The notes under the pieces are model-generated. The model did not search any database, was not told the origin of the DNA, and saw only the letters and a program-made list of their open reading frames with translations. This document shows positions 52,825-63,997 of a DNA stretch of 64,000 bases, in pieces. A program made the translations under genes and the position numbers. This stretch comes from an uncultured Chlorobiaceae bacterium (GTDB taxonomy: Bacteria; Bacteroidota; Chlorobiia; Chlorobiales; Chlorobiaceae): contig CAJEXW010000003.1 of the NCBI GenBank assembly GCA_903994525.1, forward strand, positions 52,768 through 116,767, written 5' to 3'. Numbering within the stretch: the first letter of the stretch is position 1; each line of letters starts with the position of its first letter.

Positions 52825-54012
52825 GTGATGAATATTCGTGATGTCCAAACAAAGATGATGAAGCTTCTGCCAGCCAAGAGCGGACGTGGTGGCAAGGGAG
52901 ATGAGTATCGTGATACCCATACCCCGGTGCGGCTTGGTATATGGATTTTGCTTGTTGGATTTGGCGGTTTTCTGCTTTGGGCCGCCTTTGCTCCACTTGA
53001 CGAAGGTGTTCCCTGTCCGGGTCTGGTGAGTATTGCAACAAAACGGAAGGTTGTTGAAAATCTCAGAGGTGGAAGAATTGACAAAGTTCATGTGAGTGAG
53101 GGGCAGCTTGTCAAAGCTGGTGATATCCTGATTACTCTTGACGATCAGACGGCCAAGGCTCGTTATGATGAAATTCATCACCATTATATAGGAATGCGTG
53201 CAACTGCGGACCGTCTGCAGGCAGAGATGCTTGGCGCATCAACCATCACTTTTCATCCTGATCTTTTGCGGGAGCCACAGCGGGGGTTGGCTGAACGGAA
53301 TATGAAAAATCAGACAGAGCTGTTTCAGTCGAGACGGAAAATGCTTAAGATTCTTGGAGATCAACTGGCAGGTCTTTCATCCCTGGTGAAAGATGGATAT
53401 GCTCCAATGAGTCAGAAACATGAACTGGAATTGAAGATTGCTGAGTTCAAGAGTAATACAGCCTCACAACTGGCACAGGTACAGCTTGAAGTTGAGGCTG
53501 ATGCCGAAAAGACAAGAGCACTTGCTGCTGAGCTTGCTGATACTGAAGTGCGTTCTCCAGCGTCGGGGCAGGTGGTGAGTTTACAGGTACAAACGGTCGG
53601 TGCAGTCATCCAGCCAGGTCAGAAAATGATGGATATTGTGCCTCTTGACGAGGGTCTTCTTATCGATGCCAAAGTGGCTCCGCAACTGATCGACAGTATA
53701 AAAAAAGGCTTGCCGGTTGATGTGAGTTTTTCTTCATTTTCGCACTCTCCCCAGCTTGTTGTACAGGGTGTTGTTGCATCCCTTTCGAAAGACATTGTGA
53801 CTGATCCGCAGACCAATCCAATGCAACCAGGAGGCTCCTATTACTTGGCGCGAATATCGGTGACTGCCGCCGGAATGAAATCGCTTGGAAAGCGCGAGAT
53901 GCAGCCGGGAATGCCGGTAACGGTCATTGTCAAGACTGGTGAACGCTCGTTGTTGACCTATCTCATTGATCCATTGGTCAAGAGGATTACGGTATCCATG
54001 AAAGAGGAATAG
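52825..54012 (+). CDS. Type I secretion membrane fusion protein (HlyD/PrtE-like)
   Basis: WAAFAPLDEGV, VSEGQLVKAGD, VRSPASG.V, GMPVTVIVKTGERSLLTYL. Confidence 0.9.
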   Translation: MMNIRDVQTKMMKLLPAKSGRGGKGDEYRDTHTPVRLGIWILLVGFGGFLLWAAFAPLDEGVPCPGLVSIATKRKVVENLRGGRIDKVHVSEGQLVKAGDILITLDDQTAKARYDEIHHHYIGMRATADRLQAEMLGASTITFHPDLLREPQRGLAERNMKNQTELFQSRRKMLKILGDQLAGLSSLVKDGYAPMSQKHELELKIAEFKSNTASQLAQVQLEVEADAEKTRALAAELADTEVRSPASGQVVSLQVQTVGAVIQPGQKMMDIVPLDEGLLIDAKVAPQLIDSIKKGLPVDVSFSSFSHSPQLVVQGVVASLSKDIVTDPQTNPMQPGGSYYLARISVTAAGMKSLGKREMQPGMPVTVIVKTGERSLLTYLIDPLVKRITVSMKEE

Positions 54013-54040
54013 GCTGGTGTTACTAATTTAATGAGATGAT

Positions 54041-55381
54041 GTGAGTATCATGAAGGTATTGACCTGTATTATTGTTCTGACTGCTCTGTTGGTCGCACTG
54101 CCAGCCCATGCGGAGCAGGTTGATTTAACGATGGCTTATCAAAAGGCACAGGAGTATGATGCTCGCCTGCGGTCGGCAAAGGCTGATAATCGAGCCTATA
54201 AAGAGGAGATCGGCAAGGCGAGGTCACAACTTTTGCCCAGTGTTCGCACGAATGTTTCGCGGGGACGCAGTGCGACACAGCATATCTCTTTGGGGCATGC
54301 CTATCCGGTTGACTTTTATAATACGGTTAATCTTGGAGTATCTGTTCGTCAGCCACTCTTCAATTTGCCTGCTCTTGCCAGTTACAAGCAGGCGAAGCTG
54401 TTATCGGCAAAGAGTGATGTGGAATTCAAGAAAGAGGGATCCAGCTTGATACTCAGAATAACCGAAGCATACTGTAATGCCCTGTTTGCTGAGGACAATC
54501 TTGCATTCAGCAAAGCGCTTGTCCAGGCTACTGGTGAGCAGCTTGCTCAGGCGAAACGACGCTTTAAAACCGGTTTTGGCACTCGTACTGATGTCGAGGA
54601 GGCGCAGGCCGGATACGATACTGCGCAGGCCGACGGGGTCGAAATTTTTAACAGTGTGGAATTCAGCCGTCGCGAGCTTGAAGATCTTACAGGTTTTTAT
54701 CCTGAAAAGCTCTGCAAGATTGTCCCGGAAAAGCTGAGACTTGTGCGACCACAGCCTGATCGAGTGGAGTCGTGGATTGAATTTGCCCGCCTTGGAAATC
54801 TTTCGATAGTTTCGGCTCGTCAGGAGGAGCAGATTGCTAAAAAGGAGATACAAAAGCAGAAAGGGTCCCGTTATCCGACAATCGACTTGGTGGGTGGAAG
54901 AAATTACTCCGAAAGTGAGAATAATTATTCGATCGGTCAGATTTACGACACCTACTCAATCAGTGTCCAGATGAGTATGCCGGTGTATACTGGTGGCTAT
55001 GTCAGTGCAGCGGTTCGTCAGGCTCAGGCCAAATGGGTAAAGGCGGGTGAGCAGTTAAGTTGGCAGGAGCGAGGAGCAGAGTCTGAGGTACGGAAATATT
55101 ATAATGGAGTTGTGAGTAATATCTCCCTGATCAAAGCCTACGAACAGGCAGTGAACTCCCGTGAAATAGCACTGGTTGGCACTCAAAAAGGTTATGATGC
55201 CGGTTTGAGAAGTAATGTTGAGGTTCTTGATGCGCAGCAGAAGCTTTTTGCAAGCCGAAGAAATCTTGCAAAATCACGCTATCAGTATATTCTTAATACT
55301 CTTATGCTAAAGCAGACAACCGGTCCACTCTCTCTGGCTGATCTTGAAGAGGTTAATGGGTGGCTTACCAGTTCACAATAA
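54041..55381 (+). CDS. TolC/PrtF-like outer-membrane channel
   Basis: Signal peptide, ARSQLLP, QPLFN, RYPTIDL, PVYTGG, VLDAQQ. Confidence 0.9.
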   Translation: MSIMKVLTCIIVLTALLVALPAHAEQVDLTMAYQKAQEYDARLRSAKADNRAYKEEIGKARSQLLPSVRTNVSRGRSATQHISLGHAYPVDFYNTVNLGVSVRQPLFNLPALASYKQAKLLSAKSDVEFKKEGSSLILRITEAYCNALFAEDNLAFSKALVQATGEQLAQAKRRFKTGFGTRTDVEEAQAGYDTAQADGVEIFNSVEFSRRELEDLTGFYPEKLCKIVPEKLRLVRPQPDRVESWIEFARLGNLSIVSARQEEQIAKKEIQKQKGSRYPTIDLVGGRNYSESENNYSIGQIYDTYSISVQMSMPVYTGGYVSAAVRQAQAKWVKAGEQLSWQERGAESEVRKYYNGVVSNISLIKAYEQAVNSREIALVGTQKGYDAGLRSNVEVLDAQQKLFASRRNLAKSRYQYILNTLMLKQTTGPLSLADLEEVNGWLTSSQ

Positions 55382-55529
55382 GGGATGCTCTTGCATAAAA
55401 GAAAAAGATTTTACGGCTTCTTTTCATTATGTTGATGCTTCGACAGTTCTGGGTAAGCACCCCTCTGACTGCACTTTTTCAGTGCCTATTGTTATCGTGG
55501 TGATTTTCAGGTGTATTAATACTTAATAA

Positions 55530-57917
55530 GTGAATGTAGTGGCAAGAGAGCGGTATAAAAAAAAATCAAAATCTTCCGGCGCGAAGAGTGGTAATCGACA
55601 GCCCTCCCAGTTTACCGGGGAACGGGTACGAGCCAATGATCATATCCTGATTAACGAGTTTCTTTTCAGGCGGGGTGAAAGCTCGCTTGCAGCGGAGATT
55701 GTAACATTTTTTGCAGATCATGAGGGTGAGCGCTTCCGGTCGGTTGAGTTGGCCAAAGCCCTTGGATATACAGAATCGAAACAGCTTCCGGGCTTTTGGT
55801 ATGTGCTGCATAAACTGCAGGAGGAGGGCACCCTCGACAAAGATTCCAACCGCTGTTATGGAATGGCCGGCATGGAGGCCACCACCTACAAGGATCATCT
55901 TGCACAGGTCAAGCCATTTCCGATTCCCGGCAAAAAGCAGTACACGGTAGCCAAAAGCTATACCGGCCATATTGCCACCCACCCCAATGGTTATGGTTTT
56001 GTTGACGTTGAGGGGTTTGATGACGATATCTTCATCAAGGCCGGAGATATGGGGCACTCAATTCATGGGGATGAGGTGGAGGTGCTGGTCTCAAAAGTTC
56101 CTGAAACATACTCATCGAAATCCACTCCGCATCAGCGCTGCGAAGGGGCGGTGCAGAGTGTCGTTAGTCGGCGTGTAACAACTCTTGTTGGCACTTTGAC
56201 CAAGGCTAACCGCAGATTTTTGCTCAAGCCTGATGACCGGAAGATTTTACCCGAGATAGTTGTTTCCATCAAGAATTCCGCAAAGGCTGTTGATGGTCAA
56301 AAGGTGCTTGTCGGAGAGCTTGATTTCAGCAAAGAGGGGGTTATCCATGGCAAGGTGCTCGAGATTCTCGGGCAGGCAGGAGATTCAGCCGTTGAGGTGA
56401 GCGCCATTGCCCGCAGCAAGGGTATTGACGAAACGTTTGATGCCGCTCTGCTTGCCTCTGCCGAATCGGTGCCTGAAGTTATCTCTGAAGAGGAGGTGAA
56501 GGGCAGGCTTGATATTCGTGACAAGGTGATCTTTACTATCGATCCTGTCGATGCAAAAGATTTTGATGATGCTCTGTCCGTTGAGCTTCTTGAGGATGGT
56601 CTCTACAGGATTGGCGTGCATATTGCTGATGTTTCGCATTATGTTCCCGAAAACTCTCCGCTTGACCGCGAGGCTCTGAAACGGGCAACCTCTGTCTATC
56701 TTGTTGACCGAGTGATTCCCATGTTGCCAGCGAGACTCTCTGAAAAGATTTGCAGCCTCAACCCGGGTGTGGATCGGATGGCATTCTCTGTTTTTATTGT
56801 GATGACTCCCGAGGGAGAGGTTCGCAAGCACGAGTTTCATAAAACCGTGATCCATTCCAAACGACGATTTACCTACGAGGATGTCGAGGAGATACTCAAG
56901 CGGGGTGAGGGTGAGTATGTCGCTGAGCTACAGTTACTTGATCGTCTGAGCATCATCCTTCGTGAAAAACGCTTTAAGCATGGTGGGCTCGATTTTGATA
57001 CTGAAGAGGTGCGCTTCAAGCTTGGCAAAAAGGGTGAACCGTTGGAGGTGATCAAAAAAGAGCGCCTTGGCAGCCATCGTCTTATTGAGGAGTTTATGCT
57101 GCTCGCCAATAAAAAGGTGGCAAAATATCTCACCAAAACCTTCAGGGAGAATAAGAAGGAGCCCCAACCGGTCATCTACAGGATTCATGGTGCGCCCCAG
57201 CAGGAGAAGGTACTTATTCTGGCCAATTTTGTCAAAAGGCTGGGCTTTGATCTTAAGCTGAACCGGGGCAAAGAGGGGCCAATTGTCTCGGCGCAGGTGC
57301 TTCGTCAGCTCTTGCAGCAGGTGAAGGGTACCAATGTCGAGTTTTTGGTCAGTGAGCTGGTGTTGCGTTCCATGTCGAAGGCGGTTTATACCGGCGACAA
57401 TATTGGTCATTATGGTCTTGGTTTTGAGCACTATACCCATTTCACCTCTCCGATCAGGCGTTACCCTGACCTGATTGTGCATCGTATGCTGTTTGAGTAC
57501 GAGAACCTCCGCAAAAAGCGTCGCAAGATTACCCCGGCGCGTCTTGCCGAGTTGACCGATAAAATCCAGACTGTCTGCCAGATTTCCAATGAGCGCGAAA
57601 AGAGCGCAGTTGAGGCTGAGCGTGAGTCGATCAAGCTGAAGCAGGTTGAGTATATGGCAAACCATGTCGGCAAAGTCTATCCCGGCGTTATTTCCGGGGC
57701 TACTGATTATGGTATCTACGTCAGAATGGTTGATTTTGCCATTGAGGGGATGGTGCACATGCGCAATATGACGGATGACTACTATGAATATGATGAGGCG
57801 ACCTACTCGCTGGTTGGCAAACGTCGCAAAAAACGCCTGCAGATCGGTCAGCGGGTGAAAGTTAAGGTAAACAGTGTGGATATGCAGCGCCGTACCATCG
57901 ATCTTGTTATCGAGTAG
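55530..57917 (+). CDS. rnr: Ribonuclease R
   Basis: [48 protein letters not shown]-terminal S1 domain. Confidence 0.95.
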   Translation: MNVVARERYKKKSKSSGAKSGNRQPSQFTGERVRANDHILINEFLFRRGESSLAAEIVTFFADHEGERFRSVELAKALGYTESKQLPGFWYVLHKLQEEGTLDKDSNRCYGMAGMEATTYKDHLAQVKPFPIPGKKQYTVAKSYTGHIATHPNGYGFVDVEGFDDDIFIKAGDMGHSIHGDEVEVLVSKVPETYSSKSTPHQRCEGAVQSVVSRRVTTLVGTLTKANRRFLLKPDDRKILPEIVVSIKNSAKAVDGQKVLVGELDFSKEGVIHGKVLEILGQAGDSAVEVSAIARSKGIDETFDAALLASAESVPEVISEEEVKGRLDIRDKVIFTIDPVDAKDFDDALSVELLEDGLYRIGVHIADVSHYVPENSPLDREALKRATSVYLVDRVIPMLPARLSEKICSLNPGVDRMAFSVFIVMTPEGEVRKHEFHKTVIHSKRRFTYEDVEEILKRGEGEYVAELQLLDRLSIILREKRFKHGGLDFDTEEVRFKLGKKGEPLEVIKKERLGSHRLIEEFMLLANKKVAKYLTKTFRENKKEPQPVIYRIHGAPQQEKVLILANFVKRLGFDLKLNRGKEGPIVSAQVLRQLLQQVKGTNVEFLVSELVLRSMSKAVYTGDNIGHYGLGFEHYTHFTSPIRRYPDLIVHRMLFEYENLRKKRRKITPARLAELTDKIQTVCQISNEREKSAVEAERESIKLKQVEYMANHVGKVYPGVISGATDYGIYVRMVDFAIEGMVHMRNMTDDYYEYDEATYSLVGKRRKKRLQIGQRVKVKVNSVDMQRRTIDLVIE

Positions 57918-57962
57918 GTTGGGGTGAGGAACGAACTCCGACGGGAGATTAACATCAGCGCT

Positions 57963-58961
57963 ATGGACGTTGCCGGAAAAAAAGGGAAATTGAAGAAAAT
58001 TGCGGTTTTTACCTCGGGAGGTGATGCTCCCGGGATGAACGCTGCGATTCGGGCCGTGACACGTGCTGCTTTGGCGAATAAATTGAAAGTGGTGGGTATT
58101 CGGCATGGGTATCAGGGGATGATTGCGGGTGATTTTGTTGCGCTGAGGGCATCCGATGTTGGAGGTATTCTGCATCTGGGTGGCACGGTGCTCAAGACGG
58201 CCCGCAGTGCAGAGTTCAGAACGGCTGAGGGGCGGGCAAAAGCCTTTCATCAATTGTTGAAAGCTGGCATTGATGCTGTTGTTGTAATTGGTGGTGATGG
58301 CTCTTTTACAGGGGCATTACTGATGTCGCAAGAGTATAACATGCCGTTTGTAGGAATTCCTGCCACCATTGATAACGACATGTATGGTACCGATTATACC
58401 ATCGGATATGAAACGGCGCTCAATACGGTTGTTGAAGCGGTCGACAAAATCAGGGATACGGCCCGGTCGCACGGCAGAATATTCTTTGTTGAAGTGATGG
58501 GGCATGAAGCTGGCCTGATTGCCCTGAACAGTGGCATTGCCTGTGGGGCCGAGGTTATTTTGATCCCTGAAAAAAAGGATCAGCACGACGAGCTGAAAAA
58601 ATTTCTTGCCAGGGGGTATAAAAAAAAAGAGAGCAGCGGTATTGTGATTGTTGCTGAAGGAGAGGAGACCGGAGGTGCCATGAAAATTGCAGATGAAGTT
58701 CGTCATGAACACCCTGATCTCGATGTCCGTGTCTCAATTCTTGGCCACATTCAGCGCGGAGGCAGTCCAACAGCCAAAGACCGGATTAATGCAACGCGAA
58801 TGGGTGTTGCCGCAATTGAAGCTCTGCTTGATGACCAGAAAAGCATCATGATCGGTCTTGAAAATGGCAAACTTGTGCAGGTACCCTTCAATAAAGCCGT
58901 GAAGCTCAACCACAGCATCGACAGCAATCTGCTTGACATCCAGAAGCTGATGAACTATTAG
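57963..58961 (+). CDS. pfkA: ATP-dependent 6-phosphofructokinase
   Basis: TSGGDAPGMN, GGTVLKTAR, GGDGS, TIDND, VEVMG, LGHIQRGG. Confidence 0.95.
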   Translation: MDVAGKKGKLKKIAVFTSGGDAPGMNAAIRAVTRAALANKLKVVGIRHGYQGMIAGDFVALRASDVGGILHLGGTVLKTARSAEFRTAEGRAKAFHQLLKAGIDAVVVIGGDGSFTGALLMSQEYNMPFVGIPATIDNDMYGTDYTIGYETALNTVVEAVDKIRDTARSHGRIFFVEVMGHEAGLIALNSGIACGAEVILIPEKKDQHDELKKFLARGYKKKESSGIVIVAEGEETGGAMKIADEVRHEHPDLDVRVSILGHIQRGGSPTAKDRINATRMGVAAIEALLDDQKSIMIGLENGKLVQVPFNKAVKLNHSIDSNLLDIQKLMNY

Positions 58962-58998
58962 GCGTTTTTTGGCTTCCGTCTCTATCCCTTCTTTCTGA

Positions 58999-59715
58999 TC
59001 AAAGAAGGCCTGCAATCTTAAGAAAATTTTCCATCAACTTCCTGCCGACGAAGTTGTATTCCTCATTGAGTTCATCAAATTGTCCAAGAAGTTCGGTGTG
59101 ATTCATCCGTTTCAGGTCGCTGTCGATGTTCAGCAATTCTGAAAACATTGAGCGTGTTAACTCGAAGTGGCACTGCAGCCCGTAGGCATTGGCCCCGGCT
59201 TTTACCACCTGGTTATGGCAAAGGCTTCCGGAGGCCAAGAGTTGCGTGCCTGATGGGGGAAGTTGCACCGTTTCTCCGTGGAGCTGGAAAACCGGCAAGG
59301 TGCTTCCAAGTTCAGCAAACAGGGCATCTGCTCTTCCTGCAGCAGTCAATTCGATCTGGTAGGGATTGCCGCTGCTTTCAGTAAATCCAATCTCCCTCTC
59401 CGGGCAGGGAATCACGGTGCCACCTGCTGCTTTGATGAGCATTTGCATTCCGAGGCAGATGCCAAGATAGGGGATTTCCTCATCCAGTACTCTCTTGATT
59501 TGCCGAAGCTCAAGCTGCATTACCGGAGTCTCATCGTTGGCACTTTGCGGCCCCCCAAGTACCACCACAGCCCTGTATTGACGCGGGTCGGGGAAGGTGC
59601 CACGCTGCGACAGATCTTCGATGTGTGTTGCAATGCCGTGTTTATGGAGCAGGCCCTCAAGCAGGCCCGGGCCTTCGTGGGTGATGTTTCTGATGATGAG
59701 AAGTTGTTCAGGCAT
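58999..59715 (-). CDS. Type 1 glutamine amidotransferase (stand-alone)
   Basis: LGGPQSA, GICLGMQ, HGET, GLQCHFE. Confidence 0.88.
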   Translation of the reverse strand: MPEQLLIIRNITHEGPGLLEGLLHKHGIATHIEDLSQRGTFPDPRQYRAVVVLGGPQSANDETPVMQLELRQIKRVLDEEIPYLGICLGMQMLIKAAGGTVIPCPEREIGFTESSGNPYQIELTAAGRADALFAELGSTLPVFQLHGETVQLPPSGTQLLASGSLCHNQVVKAGANAYGLQCHFELTRSMFSELLNIDSDLKRMNHTELLGQFDELNEEYNFVGRKLMENFLKIAGLL

Positions 59716-60203
59716 AAGGAATTATGGTTTTCTGAAGTAAATTTTCTTACGATACAGGCGGTAGAGCTGCTGGTAAATCATTACTTTATCGCAATAAATA
59801 AAGCATTTTCAAAACCTTTTCCATAAAAACGATAACTGTTGTTGATATTAAACAGGCTATTCAGCACTTGTCATAGTGAAGATTTTGGCAGTCTCATGCC
59901 GTGAGATTGCTGAATATAACAACAATAAGTGGGACAAGCAGATAGAGCAGGATTATAATGCGGTAAATTTAATTACCCAATTAACACATCATCTTCTGAT
60001 ATTGCCAATGGCGATGGAAAGGAACTCTGATGTATTGGTTTTGGATAGGTTCTCATGAGGATTCTCAATACCTGATTCGGTCTCCTCTACAACGAAAGGG
60101 CACTCGCAATGGAGCCCTTTGCGGCTTCTTGCGTCAAAATGTAACAACCATATTTTTTCTGATCTCTGGCTTGTCAGCCATTCATCTTGCGTTTTAATCC
60201 CAA

Positions 60204-60227
60204 AAGATTGTAATCAATCACTATCTT
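60204..60227. promoter_or_regulatory. Candidate TetR operator
   Basis: AAGATTGTAATCAATCACTATCTT is an 18/24 palindrome 22 bp upstream of the tetR ATG. Confidence 0.55.
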
Positions 60228-60249
60228 CAATCATACAAACCAAAAAACC

Positions 60250-60876
60250 ATGAAAACAACAAATACAACCATAAAAAATCTGCCAGCAGAACAGCGGCGG
60301 GCGGTGACGGTGGAGGCAGTGATTGAGCTTGCTGCCGAGAAAAATCCTGCATCCATTACGACTGCGGAGATTGCCGAGCGGATGCAGTTGACACAGGGCG
60401 CTCTGTTCCGCCATTTTCCGAATAAAGATGCGCTCTGGCAGTCGGTGATGGAGTGGGTCGCTGCTCAACTGCTCGGCAGGATTGACAAGGTGATTGCCAC
60501 AACCGGGTCGCCGCTGGAGGCGCTTGAGCTGATGTTTGCAGTGCATATTGATTTTGTGGCGAAGCATCCCGGAGCACCGCGCATGATGTTTGCTGAACTG
60601 CAGCGCCCCGATTCCACAGCGGCCAAGGCCATTGCTCAAACCATGCTTCGCCATTACAGTGACCGTGTTGGCAAGCTTCTCGCAAAAGGGATGGGTGAGG
60701 GAATCATCGATCCCGATCTTGATGTCGCAGCCGCTTCGGTGATGTTTATCGGGATGGTGCAGGGGCTGGTGATGCAGTCCATGATAGCCGGTGATATTGC
60801 AGTGATGCTTGGCAATGCCAAACCGCTCTTTGCGCTTTACGCCAGGGGCATAAAACAGAGAAACCATGAACGTTAA
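60250..60876 (+). CDS. TetR/AcrR-family regulator
   Basis: ITTAEIAERMQLTQGALFRHFPNK HTH. Confidence 0.92.
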   Translation: MKTTNTTIKNLPAEQRRAVTVEAVIELAAEKNPASITTAEIAERMQLTQGALFRHFPNKDALWQSVMEWVAAQLLGRIDKVIATTGSPLEALELMFAVHIDFVAKHPGAPRMMFAELQRPDSTAAKAIAQTMLRHYSDRVGKLLAKGMGEGIIDPDLDVAAASVMFIGMVQGLVMQSMIAGDIAVMLGNAKPLFALYARGIKQRNHER

Positions 60877-62062
60877 AGCCATCAATAAAAAAATGGTCAG
60901 GTTGCTGGCAGTACTGCTTCCCTTGGTGCTGCTCTTCTTCTATGTGGCACTGCGCTCCGGCCCGCTTTCTCCGGTGCCGGTAACGATTGTGGCGGTTGAA
61001 AAGAGGGCGATTACTCCCGTGCTCTCTGGTATTGGCACCCTTGAGGCTCGATATACCTCTAAAATTGGCTCGGTTGCATCGGGTCGGGTCAGGCTGCTTT
61101 CGGTTGATGTGGGTGCCAGGGTCAAGGCTGGTCAGGTACTTGGTGAGATTGATCCGGTCGATCTGGATGAGCATCTGAGTGCTCAACGTTCCGTCATCAA
61201 ACGGGCAGAGGCCGTGGTGCTTTCGGCAGAATCGCAGTTGCGTGATGCCAAAGCAAAACAGGCCTTTACCGCGTCGCAGGAAAAACGGTACGGGTTGCTG
61301 CTGCAAGCTCATGCCGTGAGTACTGAGCTGGTGGACGCGAAGCATCAGGAGGCGGAGGCAGCCAGCGCTGCTGCATCCGGGGCACAGGCCGGTGTCAACG
61401 CGGCGCGTCAGGGTCTGGCTTCCGTCAAGGCAGAGTATCAGGGCATGGTAAAGCAGCGGCACAATCTGCTGCTCGTAGCGCCAACTGATGGATTGGTGAC
61501 AAGCCGTGATGCTGAGCCGGGCAACACGGTGCTGGCTGGCCAGACAGTTATTGAGATGATTGATCCCAAGAGTCTTTGGGTTGCTGTGCGTTTCGACCAG
61601 TTGCAGAGTGCCGGACTTAAAGCGGCACTTCCGGCGGAGGTGAGGCTCCGTTCACAATCAGGGAGGAGTTTTGCTGCATCTGTGCTGCGCGTTGAACCGC
61701 TCGCTGATCGTGTCACTGAGGAGATTCTCGCAAAAGTTGTGTTCACGGTTTTGCCTGAGCCGTTGCCGCCGGTTGGCGAATTGTGTGAGGTGAGCGTCCA
61801 GCTTCCGCTTCTGCAAGCGGTTCCCGTTATTCCCAACGCCTGCGTGCACCGGGTCGACGGGCAGCTCGGTATCTGGGTGGTTGATGGCTCAGCCCTTCGT
61901 TTTGCGCCGGTTCGCATCGGAGCAACTGACCAAGCGGGAAATATCCAGGTGCTTGCGGGTCTGCAACCCGGCGACCGCGTTGTGGTCTACAGCAAAAGCG
62001 CATTACATGCCGGAAGCCGTATCACGATTATCAGGAATAACGGTAAAGGAAGCCTCCTATGA
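60866..62062 (+). CDS. Efflux periplasmic adaptor (MacA-like MFP)
   Basis: SGRV..L.VDVG..VKAGQVL, LVAPTDGLV, V.IG......IQVL.GL..GD.VV. Confidence 0.9.
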   Translation: MNVKAINKKMVRLLAVLLPLVLLFFYVALRSGPLSPVPVTIVAVEKRAITPVLSGIGTLEARYTSKIGSVASGRVRLLSVDVGARVKAGQVLGEIDPVDLDEHLSAQRSVIKRAEAVVLSAESQLRDAKAKQAFTASQEKRYGLLLQAHAVSTELVDAKHQEAEAASAAASGAQAGVNAARQGLASVKAEYQGMVKQRHNLLLVAPTDGLVTSRDAEPGNTVLAGQTVIEMIDPKSLWVAVRFDQLQSAGLKAALPAEVRLRSQSGRSFAASVLRVEPLADRVTEEILAKVVFTVLPEPLPPVGELCEVSVQLPLLQAVPVIPNACVHRVDGQLGIWVVDGSALRFAPVRIGATDQAGNIQVLAGLQPGDRVVVYSKSALHAGSRITIIRNNGKGSLL

Positions 62063-63261
62063 TCAGCCTTGCCGGACGGGATATACTGCATGGGTGGGTG
62101 CGCTTTCTCATGACCGGCTTCGGCCTCGGTCTTTTAATCGGGGTCACCTTGAGCATGGCCGGGATCTATCGTGGCATGGTTGATGATGCCAATGTACTGA
62201 TCGACAATAGCGGAGCCGATCTTTGGGTGGTGCAGCAGGGAACTCTCGGTCCTTATGCCGAACCATCAAGTCTGTACGAGGATACCTACCGCAGTATTAT
62301 CGGGATGGCGGGTGTGGCGCGTGCGGCCAATGTCACCTATCTCACCATGCAGGTGCGCCATGGAGGGGGCGATGTGCGGGCTATGGTGGTTGGCGTGGTA
62401 CCGGGCGGGCCGGGTGAGCCTGGGCAGCCGGGCTTTCTCATCGCTGGTCGCCACCTGACGGGAGGCCACTATGAGGTTGTGGCGGATGTCAAAGCAGGAT
62501 GTGCGCTGGGCGATACCGTGATTATTCGCCGCAATCGCTTTCGGGTTGTCGGGTTGACGCGGCGCATGGTCTCCTCTGGTGGCGATCCGATGCTCTTTAT
62601 TCCGCTGAAAGATGCCCAGGAGGCGCAGTTCCTCAAGGATAACGATATGCTGCTCCAGCAGCGGCGGCGCACGGCGCAAAATCCCGGCTTTAACCGTCCA
62701 AATGTGCCGGGACTGCTCGATGCCATTATTGCATCACAAACCACCAGCGTGTATGTGAATGCCGTGCTCGTGCAATTGAAACCAGGATACGTTCCGGAAG
62801 CTGTTGAGAAGGATATTCAACGCTGGCAGCGGCTTCAGGTCTATACGCGCTCACAGATGCGGACGATTCTTGTCGACAAGCTCATTGCAACATCTGCCAA
62901 ACAGATCGGCATGTTTCTCGTCATTCTCTCCATTGTCAGTGCGGCAATTGTCGCTTTCATCATCTATACCATGACGATGGCAAAGATCCGGGAGATTGCG
63001 GTGCTGAAGCTGATTGGAACCAGAAATCGTGTCATTGCCAGTATGATTCTTCAGCAGGCGGTCGGGCTTGGAGCCATTGGCTTTGTGGTTGGAAAGATTG
63101 CCGCAACGCTCTGGTCGCCATTTTTTCCAAGATATGTGCTGCTTGAACCCGGCGATGCCATTCGTGGCTTCATTATTGTTATGGTGATTTCGGTTCTTGC
63201 CAGTATTCTTGCCATTACAGCAGCGCTCAAGGTTGATCCTGCTGAAGCAATAGGAGGTTGA
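62059..63261 (+). CDS. ABC permease (FtsX/MacB-like)
   Basis: N-terminal TM, large periplasmic domain, REIAVLKLIG, three C-terminal TM segments. Confidence 0.9.
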   Translation: MISLAGRDILHGWVRFLMTGFGLGLLIGVTLSMAGIYRGMVDDANVLIDNSGADLWVVQQGTLGPYAEPSSLYEDTYRSIIGMAGVARAANVTYLTMQVRHGGGDVRAMVVGVVPGGPGEPGQPGFLIAGRHLTGGHYEVVADVKAGCALGDTVIIRRNRFRVVGLTRRMVSSGGDPMLFIPLKDAQEAQFLKDNDMLLQQRRRTAQNPGFNRPNVPGLLDAIIASQTTSVYVNAVLVQLKPGYVPEAVEKDIQRWQRLQVYTRSQMRTILVDKLIATSAKQIGMFLVILSIVSAAIVAFIIYTMTMAKIREIAVLKLIGTRNRVIASMILQQAVGLGAIGFVVGKIAATLWSPFFPRYVLLEPGDAIRGFIIVMVISVLASILAITAALKVDPAEAIGG

Positions 63262-63262
63262 G

Positions 63263-63997
63263 ATGTCGGGCAATGGCATTGTGATTGAGGGGTTACAGAA
63301 GCGGTACGGCAGTGGCGACACCCTTGTGGATGCTCTGAAGGGGGTTGACATGCAGGTTGCTCCGGCGGAGGTTGTCGGGCTTGTCGGCCCTTCGGGCTCA
63401 GGGAAAAGCACGCTCCTGAAATGCCTTGGTGCCGTTATTGAGCCATCCGCAGGACTAATGAGACTGGGGGAAAAGATTATCTACGATGGCGGCTGGAAAA
63501 TCAGGGATCTTCGGGCGCTCCGGCGCGATAACATAGGCTTCGTCTTTCAGGCGCCCTACCTGATTCCCTTTCTCGATGTGGTGGATAATGTGGCGCTGCT
63601 GCCGATGCTGGCCGGTGAGCGTAACGGCGCTGCCCGCAAACGGGCGATGGAGCTGCTGGAGGCGCTTGATGTCGCTCATCGAGCCAAGGCTATGCCTGCG
63701 CAGCTCTCCGGCGGCGAGCAGCAGCGTGTGGCTATTGCCCGGGCACTCGTCAACCATCCGCCGGTCATCCTTGCCGATGAGCCGACCGCTCCGCTCGACA
63801 GCCAGCGTGCGCTTGCGGTGATTGCCATCCTCAACGACATGGCGCGTCAGTATGAGACGGCCATTATCATTGTCACCCACGACGAAAAAATCATCCCCAC
63901 TTTCAAGCGGATCTACCATATTCGCGATGGCCGCACCCATGAAGAGGCAGGGGAGGGGAAATCACCCCATGAACTGATTAAAACCGACAAGGCATGA
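63263..63997 (+). CDS. ABC ATP-binding protein (MacB/LolD-like)
   Basis: [29 protein letters not shown]. Confidence 0.92.
   Translation: MSGNGIVIEGLQKRYGSGDTLVDALKGVDMQVAPAEVVGLVGPSGSGKSTLLKCLGAVIEPSAGLMRLGEKIIYDGGWKIRDLRALRRDNIGFVFQAPYLIPFLDVVDNVALLPMLAGERNGAARKRAMELLEALDVAHRAKAMPAQLSGGEQQRVAIARALVNHPPVILADEPTAPLDSQRALAVIAILNDMARQYETAIIIVTHDEKIIPTFKRIYHIRDGRTHEEAGEGKSPHELIKTDKA

Noticed and set aside
60095-60120. Bulged hairpin AAAGGGC...GCCCTTT
   Set aside because: Lacks attC cores and a U-tract; role unassignable.
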